Shown: positions 46,871 through 56,640 of the stretch, piece after piece | Layout of the letters: the number at the start of each line of letters is the position of its first letter | Numbering within the stretch: the first letter of the stretch is position 1 | Virus record (IMG/VR): IMGVR_UViG_3300037847_007805 | Coordinates: 15,410 to 79,409 of that record | From: a virus | Reading direction: 5' to 3' (one strand) | Length of the DNA: 64,000 bases | Notes under the pieces: generated by a model | Databases searched by the model: none | Told to the model about the DNA's origin: nothing | What the model saw: only the letters and a program-made list of their open reading frames with translations | Program-made: the position numbers and the translations under genes

Positions 46871-47392
46871 TTATGCTCTTTTTATGTTTTTGTGAACGTA
46901 TTTAGGATTTATTGCTTTTCCATCTACTAATACTTCATAATGTAGATGGTCGCCCATAGAATTTCCTTTCATTGGGTCATTATATCCACCACCTGATAAT
47001 CCTATAACTTGACCCTTTGTAACCTTATCACCTTTTTTTACAAAAAACTTTTTTAAATGGCAATACTTAGTTGATAAACCGTCTTTATGATTTAATTGAA
47101 TAAATCCACCGCAACCATTCGGCTCTGTGTTTTTAGCGTACTTAACTACTGCATCTGCTACTGCATATACATTGCTTCCTGATTTTGCTCTTAAATCCCA
47201 ACCATTATGCATTCTTCCCCATCTCCAACCATAAGGGCTTGTTATAGCAGTATTGTTGATAGGCGGAAGGTCTATGGCATTAGCATCTCCATATTTTAAA
47301 TCATCTCTTATTCTTTTAAAAACAAGGGGAATACTTACTAAACCAACAGCTATACCAATTCCATAAATTACAAATGGATATTTTTTAAGCAT
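46871..47392 (-). CDS. Membrane-anchored M23 peptidoglycan endopeptidase
   Basis: HNGWD, YCHL, HLHYEV motifs; N-terminal TM. Confidence 0.9.
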   Translation of the reverse strand: MLKKYPFVIYGIGIAVGLVSIPLVFKRIRDDLKYGDANAIDLPPINNTAITSPYGWRWGRMHNGWDLRAKSGSNVYAVADAVVKYAKNTEPNGCGGFIQLNHKDGLSTKYCHLKKFFVKKGDKVTKGQVIGLSGGGYNDPMKGNSMGDHLHYEVLVDGKAINPKYVHKNIKRA

Positions 47393-47838
47393 TAGTCAAA
47401 TTTTCCTTTGATAAATAAATTATAGTATTCTTCAGTAACTTGTCCTTTTACAGCATCAGGATAGAAATTTTTAAAATTTTGCCAACTTTTATCATCTCCG
47501 TCAAAGCCCATCTGCTCATTAAGAACTGCATTTTCAGTTAAGTTTCCAAATTTTCCATCAACAGCCAAACCATAAGAACCCGCATCATTCAAAAATTTCT
47601 GTAATGCTTTTACTTTATCCCCACCGCTTCCTTTTCTAAGTGGAAACCCTTTATCTGTATATTTGCTTGTTACAACAGAACTTACTTCATCGGGAAGATT
47701 TACTATTGTTTCTTTTACATCGGTTACAGCTTCACCAAAACTTGTTGGCTTTTTTCTAAGTAAGCTAAAAACTAAATAACCAACTCCTGCTGTGGCAACC
47801 CCGCCTAATGTTATGAAAATTATTTTTTTTGTGTTCAT
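47392..47838 (-). CDS. Membrane-anchored peptidoglycan-binding domain protein
   Basis: FPLRKGSGGDKVKALQKFL...LAVDGKFGNLTENAV. Confidence 0.85.
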   Translation of the reverse strand: MNTKKIIFITLGGVATAGVGYLVFSLLRKKPTSFGEAVTDVKETIVNLPDEVSSVVTSKYTDKGFPLRKGSGGDKVKALQKFLNDAGSYGLAVDGKFGNLTENAVLNEQMGFDGDDKSWQNFKNFYPDAVKGQVTEEYYNLFIKGKFD

Positions 47839-47848
47839 TTTGAGTAAT

Positions 47849-48319
47849 TTATGATGTTAATATGTTAGAGGATTTTACAAAAGTATCGCCCACTTTTTTA
47901 TATCCTAAATTATTTATTTTTTGTTCCACTTCGTCTAAATCGTTTTTTAACGAAACTAATTTTTTATAAAATATCACCCGTCCAAATCCTGTTGGCACTT
48001 GACCTGTTTTAACAAAATTTTCAAATGCAACTCTATTACGAATATCTCTATTCATCAAAGGATTATTTCGTGTTTTGTCAATTTCTTTTTTATATATTTT
48101 ATTAATTTCTTCATATTGGTCAAGAAAAAACTGTGCTTCTTCTTTTGTAGTGTCTTTTACAACGCTTGAAGAATCTAATACGTTATCTTTTGGTGTAGAA
48201 GCTACTGAATCATCTACAACTGATTGTTGCTCTAATACATTATTCTTTTTTCTAAAGAACATGAAATATGCTAAAACACCTGTAATTGCTAAACCCGATA
48301 CTAAGTATATTTTTTTCAT
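47849..48319 (-). CDS. N-anchored membrane protein; paralog of 48324
   Basis: DTTKEEAQF...LGYKKVGDTFVK. Confidence 0.65.
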   Translation of the reverse strand: MKKIYLVSGLAITGVLAYFMFFRKKNNVLEQQSVVDDSVASTPKDNVLDSSSVVKDTTKEEAQFFLDQYEEINKIYKKEIDKTRNNPLMNRDIRNRVAFENFVKTGQVPTGFGRVIFYKKLVSLKNDLDEVEQKINNLGYKKVGDTFVKSSNILTS

Positions 48320-48323
48320 AGTT

Positions 48324-48815
48324 TTATCCTAATACTGTTCCTGCTTTTACAAATCTATTTCCAACCTGAACCCAACCTAATCTTGCAATTTTATCTAAAA
48401 GAGGCTGTATTTCTTCTCTCCTCATTTTCTCTGCTTTCTTTTTTTTGTTAGCAATAATAGTCATATTACTACAAGTCCTTCCCCTACAATTTTTATTTGT
48501 AGCAAGAGCATCGGCTTGTTCGATTAAATCTTTTACTTGTTTTATTAAAAACTGTGCTTCTTCTACTGATGTATCTTGCGTATAAAAATTTGATAACGGG
48601 TCTTTTTTGACAGTAGTTTGAACTGAAGAACCATCTTTTTCTTGCCTAACTATAGTTGCACCTAAAAAACTTTGTTCAGGTTTTGATGGCGGGGAATCGG
48701 GTATTGGTGGTTGCATAGGCATTGTAGATGCTTGTTGAGGCTTTCTTTTTAGAAAAAAGTAACCCAAAACTCCTACAGTTCCTAATAATCCAATAAGTAA
48801 TAATTTGTTTTTCAT
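48324..48815 (-). CDS. N-anchored membrane protein; paralog of 47849
   Basis: DTSVEEAQF...LGWVQVGNRFVK. Confidence 0.65.
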   Translation of the reverse strand: MKNKLLLIGLLGTVGVLGYFFLKRKPQQASTMPMQPPIPDSPPSKPEQSFLGATIVRQEKDGSSVQTTVKKDPLSNFYTQDTSVEEAQFLIKQVKDLIEQADALATNKNCRGRTCSNMTIIANKKKKAEKMRREEIQPLLDKIARLGWVQVGNRFVKAGTVLG

Positions 48816-49348
48816 TTTCTTTTTCTTAAATAGTATATAGTAGCACCTATTATTATTGCTAATAGGAAAAATCTACGTCTTTTCTTTTTGTCAGGATTAT
48901 AACGCTTATCTAAATTTACAGGACTGTCGTAGTTTAGTGCAAAAAAATGGTCATGCTTAATTTTTTCTGCTTCTTTGTCGAGTTTTTCTACTTTTATATC
49001 ATCAATCTCCACAACAGGTTTTATCACCTTATTGATAAGGTCGAAATTACCCTCTTTTTTTTCTGTTGTTTTTTTAGGTGGAACAAAACCAACTTCAGTA
49101 CCAAGCCTAACAAAACGACCTTTACCAAAAGGAACAGGAAATCTACTATCTTGTTTGATGCCCCCTACAGCATATACTCTATCTACTACTGATTCTTTTC
49201 CGTTTCTGCCAATGACTACTTTGTCGTAAACTTGCATTTTTACATCTTGACCTTTTTTAAACAAAGGCTCTTTACTTGATGCAAAATATATATCTTGAAG
49301 CATTACACCATCTTGTTCTGCGACATATTTGTATTTTATTGAACTCAT
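48812..49348 (-). CDS. Protein with C-terminal anchor
   Basis: RRRFFLLAIIIGATIYYLRKRK. Confidence 0.65.
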   Translation of the reverse strand: MSSIKYKYVAEQDGVMLQDIYFASSKEPLFKKGQDVKMQVYDKVVIGRNGKESVVDRVYAVGGIKQDSRFPVPFGKGRFVRLGTEVGFVPPKKTTEKKEGNFDLINKVIKPVVEIDDIKVEKLDKEAEKIKHDHFFALNYDSPVNLDKRYNPDKKKRRRFFLLAIIIGATIYYLRKRK

Positions 49349-49479
49349 TTACTCATAAATTTTTCAGGTTCTAAATCTTTACTCATACTTGTATATAACC
49401 AATAAAGACCATAAAACATTAAACCTAAAACAACATAGGTTTTTACTTTTTCCTTTAATTTTTCTTTTTTATCCCTCAT
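49345..49479 (-). CDS. 44-aa membrane protein (not in ORF track)
   Basis: MRDKKEKLKEKVKTYVVLGLMFYGLYWLY...; ATGA overlaps. Confidence 0.5.
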   Translation of the reverse strand: MRDKKEKLKEKVKTYVVLGLMFYGLYWLYTSMSKDLEPEKFMSK

Positions 49480-49567
49480 ACAGGATATTTTTTACAATCT
49501 AAAGTACACCACCCAAAACAAAATCTTTTGAAAGTAATCTTATAAACTAATCTGCAAAATAATTTTT

Positions 49568-49708
49568 TCATTTTCTTCTACCTTGACCGTTATACGCTTT
49601 TTTGTAATTCTTGCTTTTTTTTACTTTTGATGATTTACTTTTAGCGTGTACTCCTTTTCTTTTTTTCTTGTGTTTTTTTAAATAGTTTCCTATGATTAAT
49701 CGTGCCAT
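49568..49708 (-). CDS. 46-aa highly basic protein (not in ORF track)
   Basis: MARLIIGNYLKKHKKKRKGVHAKSKSSKVKKSKNYKKAYNGQGRRK. Confidence 0.6.
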   Translation of the reverse strand: MARLIIGNYLKKHKKKRKGVHAKSKSSKVKKSKNYKKAYNGQGRRK

Positions 49709-49840
49709 TTATTCTGTTTCTTTTCTATAATTAAAAATTTTATACTTGTCCTTGATAACGTCCCAAATAACAACTGCTGTAAGCGATGCTACAACACCTG
49801 TCATAAAATCTTGGGCATTAAGTTTTTTTAAAAAATTCAT
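49709..49840 (-). CDS. 43-aa membrane protein (not in ORF track)
   Basis: MNFLKKLNAQDFMTGVVASLTAVVIWDVIKDKYK... Confidence 0.55.
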   Translation of the reverse strand: MNFLKKLNAQDFMTGVVASLTAVVIWDVIKDKYKIFNYRKETE

Positions 49841-50197
49841 TTATTTTTTGTAATTAAAATTGTTTCCTGCGATTGCTAATTTCTCTATAACCTCTGATTG
49901 ATAATCTCGAAGCATTTTTTCGACTTTATCTTTTTCAAGGGCTAAATTTTCAAGCTGTTTTTCTAAAGATTCGTTTTTTGCTCTTAGTGATTCAACTTCT
50001 TCAGGATTTTTACCTATAAAGGTATAAATTACTACTGACAAACTACCCACAAGCATACCAACAATTACTTTAAAAATATCATTGTTTGTTTCGGGTATCT
50101 CAAAAAAAGCTAAAAATAAAAGCAAAGCCATTACCAACAAAAATACTGTTGCTGAACCTAAATAACCTCTTAATTCTTTATCTGTAAATACTCTCAT
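49841..50197 (-). CDS. Two-TM protein with C-terminal coiled coil (holin-like, tentative)
   Basis: Two TM helices followed by a heptad-rich tail. Confidence 0.5.
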   Translation of the reverse strand: MRVFTDKELRGYLGSATVFLLVMALLLFLAFFEIPETNNDIFKVIVGMLVGSLSVVIYTFIGKNPEEVESLRAKNESLEKQLENLALEKDKVEKMLRDYQSEVIEKLAIAGNNFNYKK

Positions 50198-50201
50198 AAT
50201 T

Positions 50202-51383
50202 TTATAATCTTAAATTTAAACCTATTGAACTATTATAAACTTCAGAATCCCAAAACTTTGTGTATTCACCTTCTATGAATAAACCCAAAGATTTTGTAAG
50301 ATTCCAACCTGTTATAAGACCGACCTGCCAATCGTCCCATTGACGACCATCTTCTTCTATATTATAATTTTCTATTTCCCATGAATTTCTATGAAGATAA
50401 GTGTATCTCTCATCTCCCTGTATATATTTATGATGTGGTAAAATATAGTTTGCGTAAGTGTGAAACCAAAACTTGTTTTTGTAAACATAGTAATCAAAAC
50501 CTACGATGGGTGCTATCTCACCAAAAGAATCTAATTCGTCCCAAATTTCATTATTATACCTGTTCATCAGTTCTCCAAAAATCCTATCTCTAAAATCCTC
50601 ATCGGTGTAAGCCACTATAGTCCCTTCTGAATCTTGCCATAGATAATTAAATATCTCTGATGTAGTACCATCTGAATTATATATTGTAGAGGTATATGGA
50701 GAATCTGAATATCCGTATTGATAACCTAAACTATACCAAGGGTTCACGGGAAATCCATCTTCATTAGTTTCATTTAACCAAAGAGAAATTGGATTATATC
50801 CAAAACTTTTTTCATGTGTTCTATAAATAGCACCAACAGAAATAGAAAAGTTTTTACCGATAGGTAATCTAAATCTTAACTCTGCACTTGAGTATTCAAA
50901 ATCTATATTACCTTCTTGACGAAGTTCTACTTTAGCTATGTGATGTTTACCTGTATGTCTTACAAAAACTCTATGATTTGTAAAGACATCTGACCTTTGT
51001 CTTTCTTTTTCCCAATGAAATAAATACTCAAGACCTTTGACTGCTGAAGTGGGAGAAGATAAAGCTACTTGGTTTTCGTTACCATCATAATAATTTCTTG
51101 CTTTTATTTCATAGTCAAATCTTGCTATCCTTCTAATACCAAATCCTACTCTATAGTCAAACTCATGGTAAATAGTGTTGTCTACTATTTCAGGAACTGC
51201 ATAAAGATTATCAGGATTGGTTCTAACAAAATACTGTGGTCTTTGTGTTCTATAAGGTGTTTTAACATCTCCTGCTACATAAATAGTGGAGTATTTAAAA
51301 ACCTCATCGTAAACTTTTTTGAAGATTTGGGATTCAACAGAAAAGTATGAAAACAATAATATAATTAAAAAAAACTTTTTCAT
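50202..51383 (-). CDS. Secreted protein, probable outer-membrane beta-barrel
   Basis: Signal peptide MKKFFLIILLFSYFSVESQ; aromatic amphipathic strands; ends GLFIEGEY...SIGLNLRL. Confidence 0.55.
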   Translation of the reverse strand: MKKFFLIILLFSYFSVESQIFKKVYDEVFKYSTIYVAGDVKTPYRTQRPQYFVRTNPDNLYAVPEIVDNTIYHEFDYRVGFGIRRIARFDYEIKARNYYDGNENQVALSSPTSAVKGLEYLFHWEKERQRSDVFTNHRVFVRHTGKHHIAKVELRQEGNIDFEYSSAELRFRLPIGKNFSISVGAIYRTHEKSFGYNPISLWLNETNEDGFPVNPWYSLGYQYGYSDSPYTSTIYNSDGTTSEIFNYLWQDSEGTIVAYTDEDFRDRIFGELMNRYNNEIWDELDSFGEIAPIVGFDYYVYKNKFWFHTYANYILPHHKYIQGDERYTYLHRNSWEIENYNIEEDGRQWDDWQVGLITGWNLTKSLGLFIEGEYTKFWDSEVYNSSIGLNLRL

Positions 51384-51724
51384 TAAAATTTACTTTCGAT
51401 TATTTCTTCTATTTTTTGTCTTATCAATTTTTTAGAATTTTCAGGCAACGCTAATTTTATGCCACCATCAATCCTAAAATGTTCGTTTCCGTTATGGTAC
51501 ACTACTATTGTAGGAACATATTTTATTTTATCACTTTCAAATTTTTTATCATCTTTTCCCATGTAAAAAATATGGGTTTGATAATCTTTTTCAAATTCTG
51601 AAAGAGATAATTCTTTTTCTTTAACAAATGTTGCCGAGTATTGTACAATGCTAATTTTATCTTTGTATGCTTGAGAAAATCCAAAGTTTGGTAATAAAAT
51701 CAGTAAAATAATCAGCTTCTTCAT
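51383..51724 (-). CDS. Secreted thioredoxin-fold protein lacking CxxC
   Basis: Signal peptide; IKYVPTIVVYHNG.E..R cis-Pro motif. Confidence 0.6.
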   Translation of the reverse strand: MKKLIILLILLPNFGFSQAYKDKISIVQYSATFVKEKELSLSEFEKDYQTHIFYMGKDDKKFESDKIKYVPTIVVYHNGNEHFRIDGGIKLALPENSKKLIRQKIEEIIESKF

Positions 51725-52011
51725 CTTATTTCATATAATCTTTCGTCCATTTTTTCTAACTGCTTTTTGATTTCAGCCATATCTTCTTTTATAATGCCTA
51801 CGTCTTTTTCCACCTGTTCAATGGACGTTCTCACCAATTCATCTTTATATTGAAATTCAATTTTAGATATTTCAGGTTTTGGTTCTTCCATTGCTCTATC
51901 TATTTTAGATTCCAAAGTAAAATATGTAAAAGATACACTTACAACTACACCAATAATTATTGCTATAGTTTTTAAATCAAAAGTGAGTTTAGTATTTTCT
52001 CCTATTTCCAT
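51721..52011 (-). CDS. TM plus coiled-coil protein
   Basis: IAIIIGVVVSVSFTYF followed by a coil. Confidence 0.6.
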   Translation of the reverse strand: MEIGENTKLTFDLKTIAIIIGVVVSVSFTYFTLESKIDRAMEEPKPEISKIEFQYKDELVRTSIEQVEKDVGIIKEDMAEIKKQLEKMDERLYEIR

Positions 52012-52013
52012 TT

Positions 52014-52490
52014 CTATAGTTTAGCATATATTGATTCGGCTACTTGCATTCTTTTTGGACTAATAACAGCAGGTCTTTCAAAATACTTTGCAAAATTATA
52101 AGCTGACTGATATGGTGTTTTTGCTTCTATCAGTTTTTGATATGCCTTTTTTTCAGTATTTTTTAATTCCCAATCCAAATAATCAAGCTGACCTTGAAAA
52201 GTATTTGGGTCTTTGTTGTTTTCTTTAGCCCAAGCATTAAGCCTTTGCCATCTCGTTTTGTGCCATTGTGCCAATCCAAAAGAAGTACCGTTGTCGCCAA
52301 CAGCTAAAGGATTATAGGAAGATTCAACAAAAATGTTTCCTGCAATCCCTGAAGAATTAGCTTTGCTATAGCCTAAAGACATTAAGTATTTAGCAATGCC
52401 TACTCCATCTTTTGATAAAACAGTTTCTTTTACTTTAAAAAACAAAAAAGCACTTGCACTTAATCCTATTAAAAATGGAATTAAATACAT
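52014..52490 (-). CDS. Membrane-anchored phage tail-type lysozyme (Phage_lysozyme2)
   Basis: GIAGNIFVES...GLAQW...QLDYLDWEL...FERP. Confidence 0.85.
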   Translation of the reverse strand: MYLIPFLIGLSASAFLFFKVKETVLSKDGVGIAKYLMSLGYSKANSSGIAGNIFVESSYNPLAVGDNGTSFGLAQWHKTRWQRLNAWAKENNKDPNTFQGQLDYLDWELKNTEKKAYQKLIEAKTPYQSAYNFAKYFERPAVISPKRMQVAESIYAKL

Positions 52491-52706
52491 CTATAGTGCT
52501 ATTGTTTGACGAGATGTTCTAACCTTAACCTTCATGTTGCCAAGTTCTGCATTTGGCATTTGTACATCAGTATCAGGTATATCTTCAGTTGGTATGGTTT
52601 CAGCACCATCTACCGTCATCTCATTTATTTTTTTTTTTGAATACTTCTTATATAATAAATAAGAAGCACCAATCAAAAGTCCATATATGATAAATGAATT
52701 TTTCAT
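52491..52706 (-). CDS. Small N-anchored membrane protein
   Basis: FIIYGLLIGASYLLYKKYSKKK. Confidence 0.65.
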   Translation of the reverse strand: MKNSFIIYGLLIGASYLLYKKYSKKKINEMTVDGAETIPTEDIPDTDVQMPNAELGNMKVKVRTSRQTIAL

Positions 52707-52717
52707 TATTATATTTT

Positions 52718-53596
52718 TTATCTTCTACTTCCTTTACCAATTCTCCTTGTAGGTGGCTTAAATGTACTTCTACTTCCTTTGCCAATTCTTGCGACAGCAG
52801 GTCTTGTACTATCTATTCTTGGAATAGTAAAAGTTTTTGTATCTCCTGCATCTAAAACGGGTGGTGCTAATTCAGGTTTAGCAGGTTTATATGGTTTAGT
52901 TGGTATTGGTTTTGGTTTGCTAACAGGTTTTGGTTTGCTAACAGGTTTTGGGGGTTTAGGTGGATTAGGCATTCCTATTGGTTTTCCTCGTCTATCTGTT
53001 GGTCTGCTTCCCCCATAAAAATCTTCTCTATCATCAAATCTGCCCCTTGGGTCGCCAAATTGTACAACTTTTGGTTTTTTTGGTTGATTAGGTGAATAAG
53101 GGTCATAAAAATCTCTTTGGTCTACAAAACTTGGCATTACAGACAATACAGGCTCAACTGTTGGTGCAGGTGGAGTTCTTGGCTCATCAATCTCTACGAC
53201 AGCGTTTCCTTCGGCTATTGGAGTAATTACTTTTGCAGGGGGTGGAGTTTTTTTAGCAGGTGGTTTAGGCATTGCATCTCTTGGGACATCATCACCAAAA
53301 AAATCTTCTTTACCTCTTGGGTCGCCAAACTTAGGTGGTTTTTCATCTTTTGGTTTTTTTATTAATACTGATGAAACAGGTTTTGCTTCCTTATTCATTG
53401 GTGGTAAATCTTTAATTTTATTTACTAAATTTTTTACCTTAGAAGGTTTAGCAGGTTTTACATCTGTAACAGGTATTTTTGGTTTTGGTTCAGCTTCACT
53501 TAAATCCAATTCAGCAGGTTGCATTTTTTTTCTTGAACGCATATAAAAATATATGGCAAGACCACCCAATGCCCCATATAGCAATGTCTTTCTCAT
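52718..53596 (-). CDS. N-anchored Pro/Lys-rich extended protein
   Basis: Start moved to ATG 53596; FGDPRG..EDF twice, KPVSKP twice, RIGKGSR twice. Confidence 0.65.
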   Translation of the reverse strand: MRKTLLYGALGGLAIYFYMRSRKKMQPAELDLSEAEPKPKIPVTDVKPAKPSKVKNLVNKIKDLPPMNKEAKPVSSVLIKKPKDEKPPKFGDPRGKEDFFGDDVPRDAMPKPPAKKTPPPAKVITPIAEGNAVVEIDEPRTPPAPTVEPVLSVMPSFVDQRDFYDPYSPNQPKKPKVVQFGDPRGRFDDREDFYGGSRPTDRRGKPIGMPNPPKPPKPVSKPKPVSKPKPIPTKPYKPAKPELAPPVLDAGDTKTFTIPRIDSTRPAVARIGKGSRSTFKPPTRRIGKGSRR

Positions 53597-53623
53597 AATT
53601 TTATTTTTAAAAATAATATATTT

Positions 53624-53631
53624 CAAAAATA
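53624..53631 (-). promoter_or_regulatory. Bacteroidota-type -7 promoter element
   Basis: TATTTTTG on the minus strand upstream of 53596. Confidence 0.45.
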
Positions 53632-53721
53632 TAAATATCTAAAGATTAAAATTATGGTTACGACATATTTATTCGCAAAAAGAAAGTGTTTTTGATTTTA
53701 TAAGTATTTTTTTTTTGGAAA

Positions 53722-54393
53722 TTACAGATTGTAGCCAATTAATTTTTCAGTTTTCAAATCAATTTTATTTATTATGTCGTCTACAGAAAAAATTTGATTT
53801 GTTTTTCCTTCAATATATTCAGCACATTCTTTCTTATAAGTTGTTATATTTTGTATTTCAGGATTTACTTGTAATAAATGAAATTTTTGTGATATAACTT
53901 GCAGAGTATTTTCTAATTCATTTTTTAAATCTTCATATTTTATGAAATGGTAATTCTGAACTGAAAATGGCATAGTATTAAATAAAAATTCTGCTTTTGT
54001 TTTCCGTAATTCAAAAATGTTATTGTAGGGTCTGTTTTTTTCTATAAGGTGATAACTTTCGGGAATATCTTTTCCAAAGTCATGTTTGTTTTCTGTATCG
54101 CCACTATCATAAATAGACCATATTTTTTCATTCAAAAAACTTTCTTTATCTTTTTTGGCACTATATACTACATGATGTGGCTGATTCCAAAAAGAGTTTA
54201 ACCAATCTAAAGGGTGTCTTACAATTCCTAAAAACAAAGTTTCGTTTGAAGCTGATAAATTAGCATAGCCAAAATAGTGTTTCCAACCATAATCCCAAGT
54301 TACAGGAATACCAAAATTTTTTTCAATTAGAAGTTCTAAATAATTAGTTCCTGTACACCTCTCTCCGTAAATTGTAAAATTTTTAATTTTCAT
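53722..54393 (-). CDS. Sulfotransferase-like protein
   Basis: IYGERCTGTNYL (PSB-loop-like), IVRHPLDWL.S, IKYEDL. Confidence 0.65.
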   Translation of the reverse strand: MKIKNFTIYGERCTGTNYLELLIEKNFGIPVTWDYGWKHYFGYANLSASNETLFLGIVRHPLDWLNSFWNQPHHVVYSAKKDKESFLNEKIWSIYDSGDTENKHDFGKDIPESYHLIEKNRPYNNIFELRKTKAEFLFNTMPFSVQNYHFIKYEDLKNELENTLQVISQKFHLLQVNPEIQNITTYKKECAEYIEGKTNQIFSVDDIINKIDLKTEKLIGYNL

Positions 54394-55060
54394 AATTCCA
54401 AAAATTAGTAAATGTGTCAATCTCCTGCCCAAACGCTTCTCTAAAATAAGATATTTCGTAAGGGTTCAGTTCAGTTCTCCAAGAATGAACTTTACCACTT
54501 CTAAAAGCATTTTTTAAAGGTAATATATTTTTATGTAATACCTTATCTTTCAAATCATTAACAAAAGATTGTGTATAAGGAATTTCTAAAAAGTCATATA
54601 GTTTTGAAACTGATTCATTAAAATTATTTACAACATCTTGAAATCGTATATTGTATGAATAATTATAATTTCTAATTTGATAAATTTCTTGTAGATATTT
54701 TTTGACTTCATCTTTAGTTCTTTCGTTGCTATATTCTGTCCAAGTAACTTTTCTTAAGGAGTTGGCTGTAGCCAAAGGAAATCTATCTACAATAATTTTT
54801 TTACAATTAGGAAAATCATTTACAATTTCCCTGTGATGTAAAGTATGTATTGGAGTTTTTTCAAAAACTAATTTATTAGGATTATTGTTTATGTGTTTTT
54901 GTATTTCACTCTTAGGAGAACTTGAATTGACGTAAAGTCCTGATTCAGAAGTAGTATTATCTTTTCTAATAGCAAATGTATTTTGAGCATGATATAAAAT
55001 AGACCAAACTAAAGTAGTTCCACCTCTCGGAAGCCCAAATACAAAAGCTATATTACTCAT
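54383..55060 (-). CDS. PAPS-dependent sulfotransferase
   Basis: FVFGLPRGGTTL, EKTP.H, R.P....NS, IRFQDV, FRSGKVHSW. Confidence 0.8.
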   Translation of the reverse strand: MSNIAFVFGLPRGGTTLVWSILYHAQNTFAIRKDNTTSESGLYVNSSSPKSEIQKHINNNPNKLVFEKTPIHTLHHREIVNDFPNCKKIIVDRFPLATANSLRKVTWTEYSNERTKDEVKKYLQEIYQIRNYNYSYNIRFQDVVNNFNESVSKLYDFLEIPYTQSFVNDLKDKVLHKNILPLKNAFRSGKVHSWRTELNPYEISYFREAFGQEIDTFTNFWNYEN

Positions 55061-55794
55061 AACATTTTTGTTATAAGGTTAGTATCATCAGTTTGTTTCC
55101 AAGTAATTAAATCGGTGTTAAAATCTGATTTATCATGTACAGCTTTTCCCTTTCTTTTTTTCCATTTTTCAGAGATAAGCTGACCGTTATTTACTTCGTA
55201 AAGATGATTAGCGTAGTAGTCGCAAGTTTTCTCCCATTCTTCTACAGAAACAGCTTTCCCATAGTGCTTGACTTTACCTAAAGTAAATTCTTTTTTATTT
55301 GGTATAAATGGCTCACGGTGTGGGAAATTTAAGCCCATTTCAGGACGAAACAATGTAATTATTTCTCTATACTCTATTCCACAGTATTCTCTTTCTAAAA
55401 AATGCTTATTTACATCGTTAGGAGTAATGTAAAAATCAAAGAACCTGCATCTAATAGCATTTGCATTGATACCATATAGCCATATTTTATCAAAATCTAT
55501 AAACTCATCAGCATCAAAATAATAAACCCAATCAGGTTTATACCTTAAACACGCTTGATAGATTTCATTTCTTTGAGTACCTTCTAATTCAAGCCTTTTT
55601 TTTGGGTCTGATTCCCATTTTTTATTTTCTATAATTGTTCTGACTTTTGGGCTATGTTTACAAACTTCTACTGTTTTATCCGTAGAGCAATCATCGTAAA
55701 CTAAAATATCAGAACAAAAATTACTAAGATGTTTCAGCGTATGACCGATAACATTTTCTTCATTTCTTATTCTTGTTATACCTACTATATTCAT
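55057..55794 (-). CDS. GT2-family glycosyltransferase
   Basis: RIRNEE, VYDDCSTDKT, WVYYFDADE. Confidence 0.85.
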   Translation of the reverse strand: MNIVGITRIRNEENVIGHTLKHLSNFCSDILVYDDCSTDKTVEVCKHSPKVRTIIENKKWESDPKKRLELEGTQRNEIYQACLRYKPDWVYYFDADEFIDFDKIWLYGINANAIRCRFFDFYITPNDVNKHFLEREYCGIEYREIITLFRPEMGLNFPHREPFIPNKKEFTLGKVKHYGKAVSVEEWEKTCDYYANHLYEVNNGQLISEKWKKRKGKAVHDKSDFNTDLITWKQTDDTNLITKML

Positions 55795-55795
55795 T

Positions 55796-56443
55796 TTATT
55801 TGTGTGCTAATACAAAATACTCTAAATATCCATTGGGTTTGTAATTACCATTTTCACCATACCCAACAAGATTTCCTTCAGTTATATCTATCTTACTATA
55901 TCCCGTGCTTTGAAAAAGATTTTGTAGTTCTTGTTTTTCATAAAGGTTTACAAATTGAGTTTCTTTATAGTACAAATTTGGTTTTTGAGGAAACTGAATA
56001 AAAACCTTTCCATTGTCATTTAGACACTCGTGTAAATTTTTTAGAATTGGTGTGTGGTATTTTTTATCATTATGTTGAAATACCATAATACTATAAATAA
56101 AATCAAAGTAATTTATGTCTTGAATAAGTGTAAGACCATCTGAATAATGAGTTTTAATATCAGAATTATTTATATTTCGTAAAAACTTTAAACTTGCATC
56201 AGCCCCATGTAGTTCATCAGCTTTTAAATGTTTTAAAATTCTTGCAACCCCACAGCCAAATTCAAGAACTTTAATTTTTTTTGCTTCAAATTCAAAATCA
56301 ATAATATCTTGAATCAATTTAGCTTGTTGTTCTCCTTCGTTATTAAACTGTTCATCAGTCCTTTTAGGTAAAATAAAATCTTTCCAATTATCTTCAGCTT
56401 CGATATTTTTCCATGTGTCTTTTATAAAGTTGTCTTGTATCAT
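55796..56443 (-). CDS. Class I SAM-dependent methyltransferase
   Basis: VLEFGCGVAR, GADAS, FDFIYS..VFQH, L.DNG. Confidence 0.85.
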   Translation of the reverse strand: MIQDNFIKDTWKNIEAEDNWKDFILPKRTDEQFNNEGEQQAKLIQDIIDFEFEAKKIKVLEFGCGVARILKHLKADELHGADASLKFLRNINNSDIKTHYSDGLTLIQDINYFDFIYSIMVFQHNDKKYHTPILKNLHECLNDNGKVFIQFPQKPNLYYKETQFVNLYEKQELQNLFQSTGYSKIDITEGNLVGYGENGNYKPNGYLEYFVLAHK

Positions 56444-56640
56444 TTCTTTTGTCTGTAAAATTTAAACCATGCTCTTTCATGAAGAAAATATAAAATCATT
56501 TTTGTTATTGCTTCTATACCACCAATAGCCATTCCTATTTTTACAGACCCTGTTACAAACCAAGATACTATCATCGTGTCTATTGTTCCTATTAATCTCC
56601 AAGAAAAAGTTTTTAATATGTGTCTTTTATAGCTTCCCAC
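56440..56640 (-). CDS. DUF2061 small membrane protein
   Basis: RHILKTFSWRLIGT.DT...K.ILYFLHERAW. Confidence 0.8.
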   Translation of the reverse strand: MGSYKRHILKTFSWRLIGTIDTMIVSWFVTGSVKIGMAIGGIEAITKMILYFLHERAWFKFYRQKK

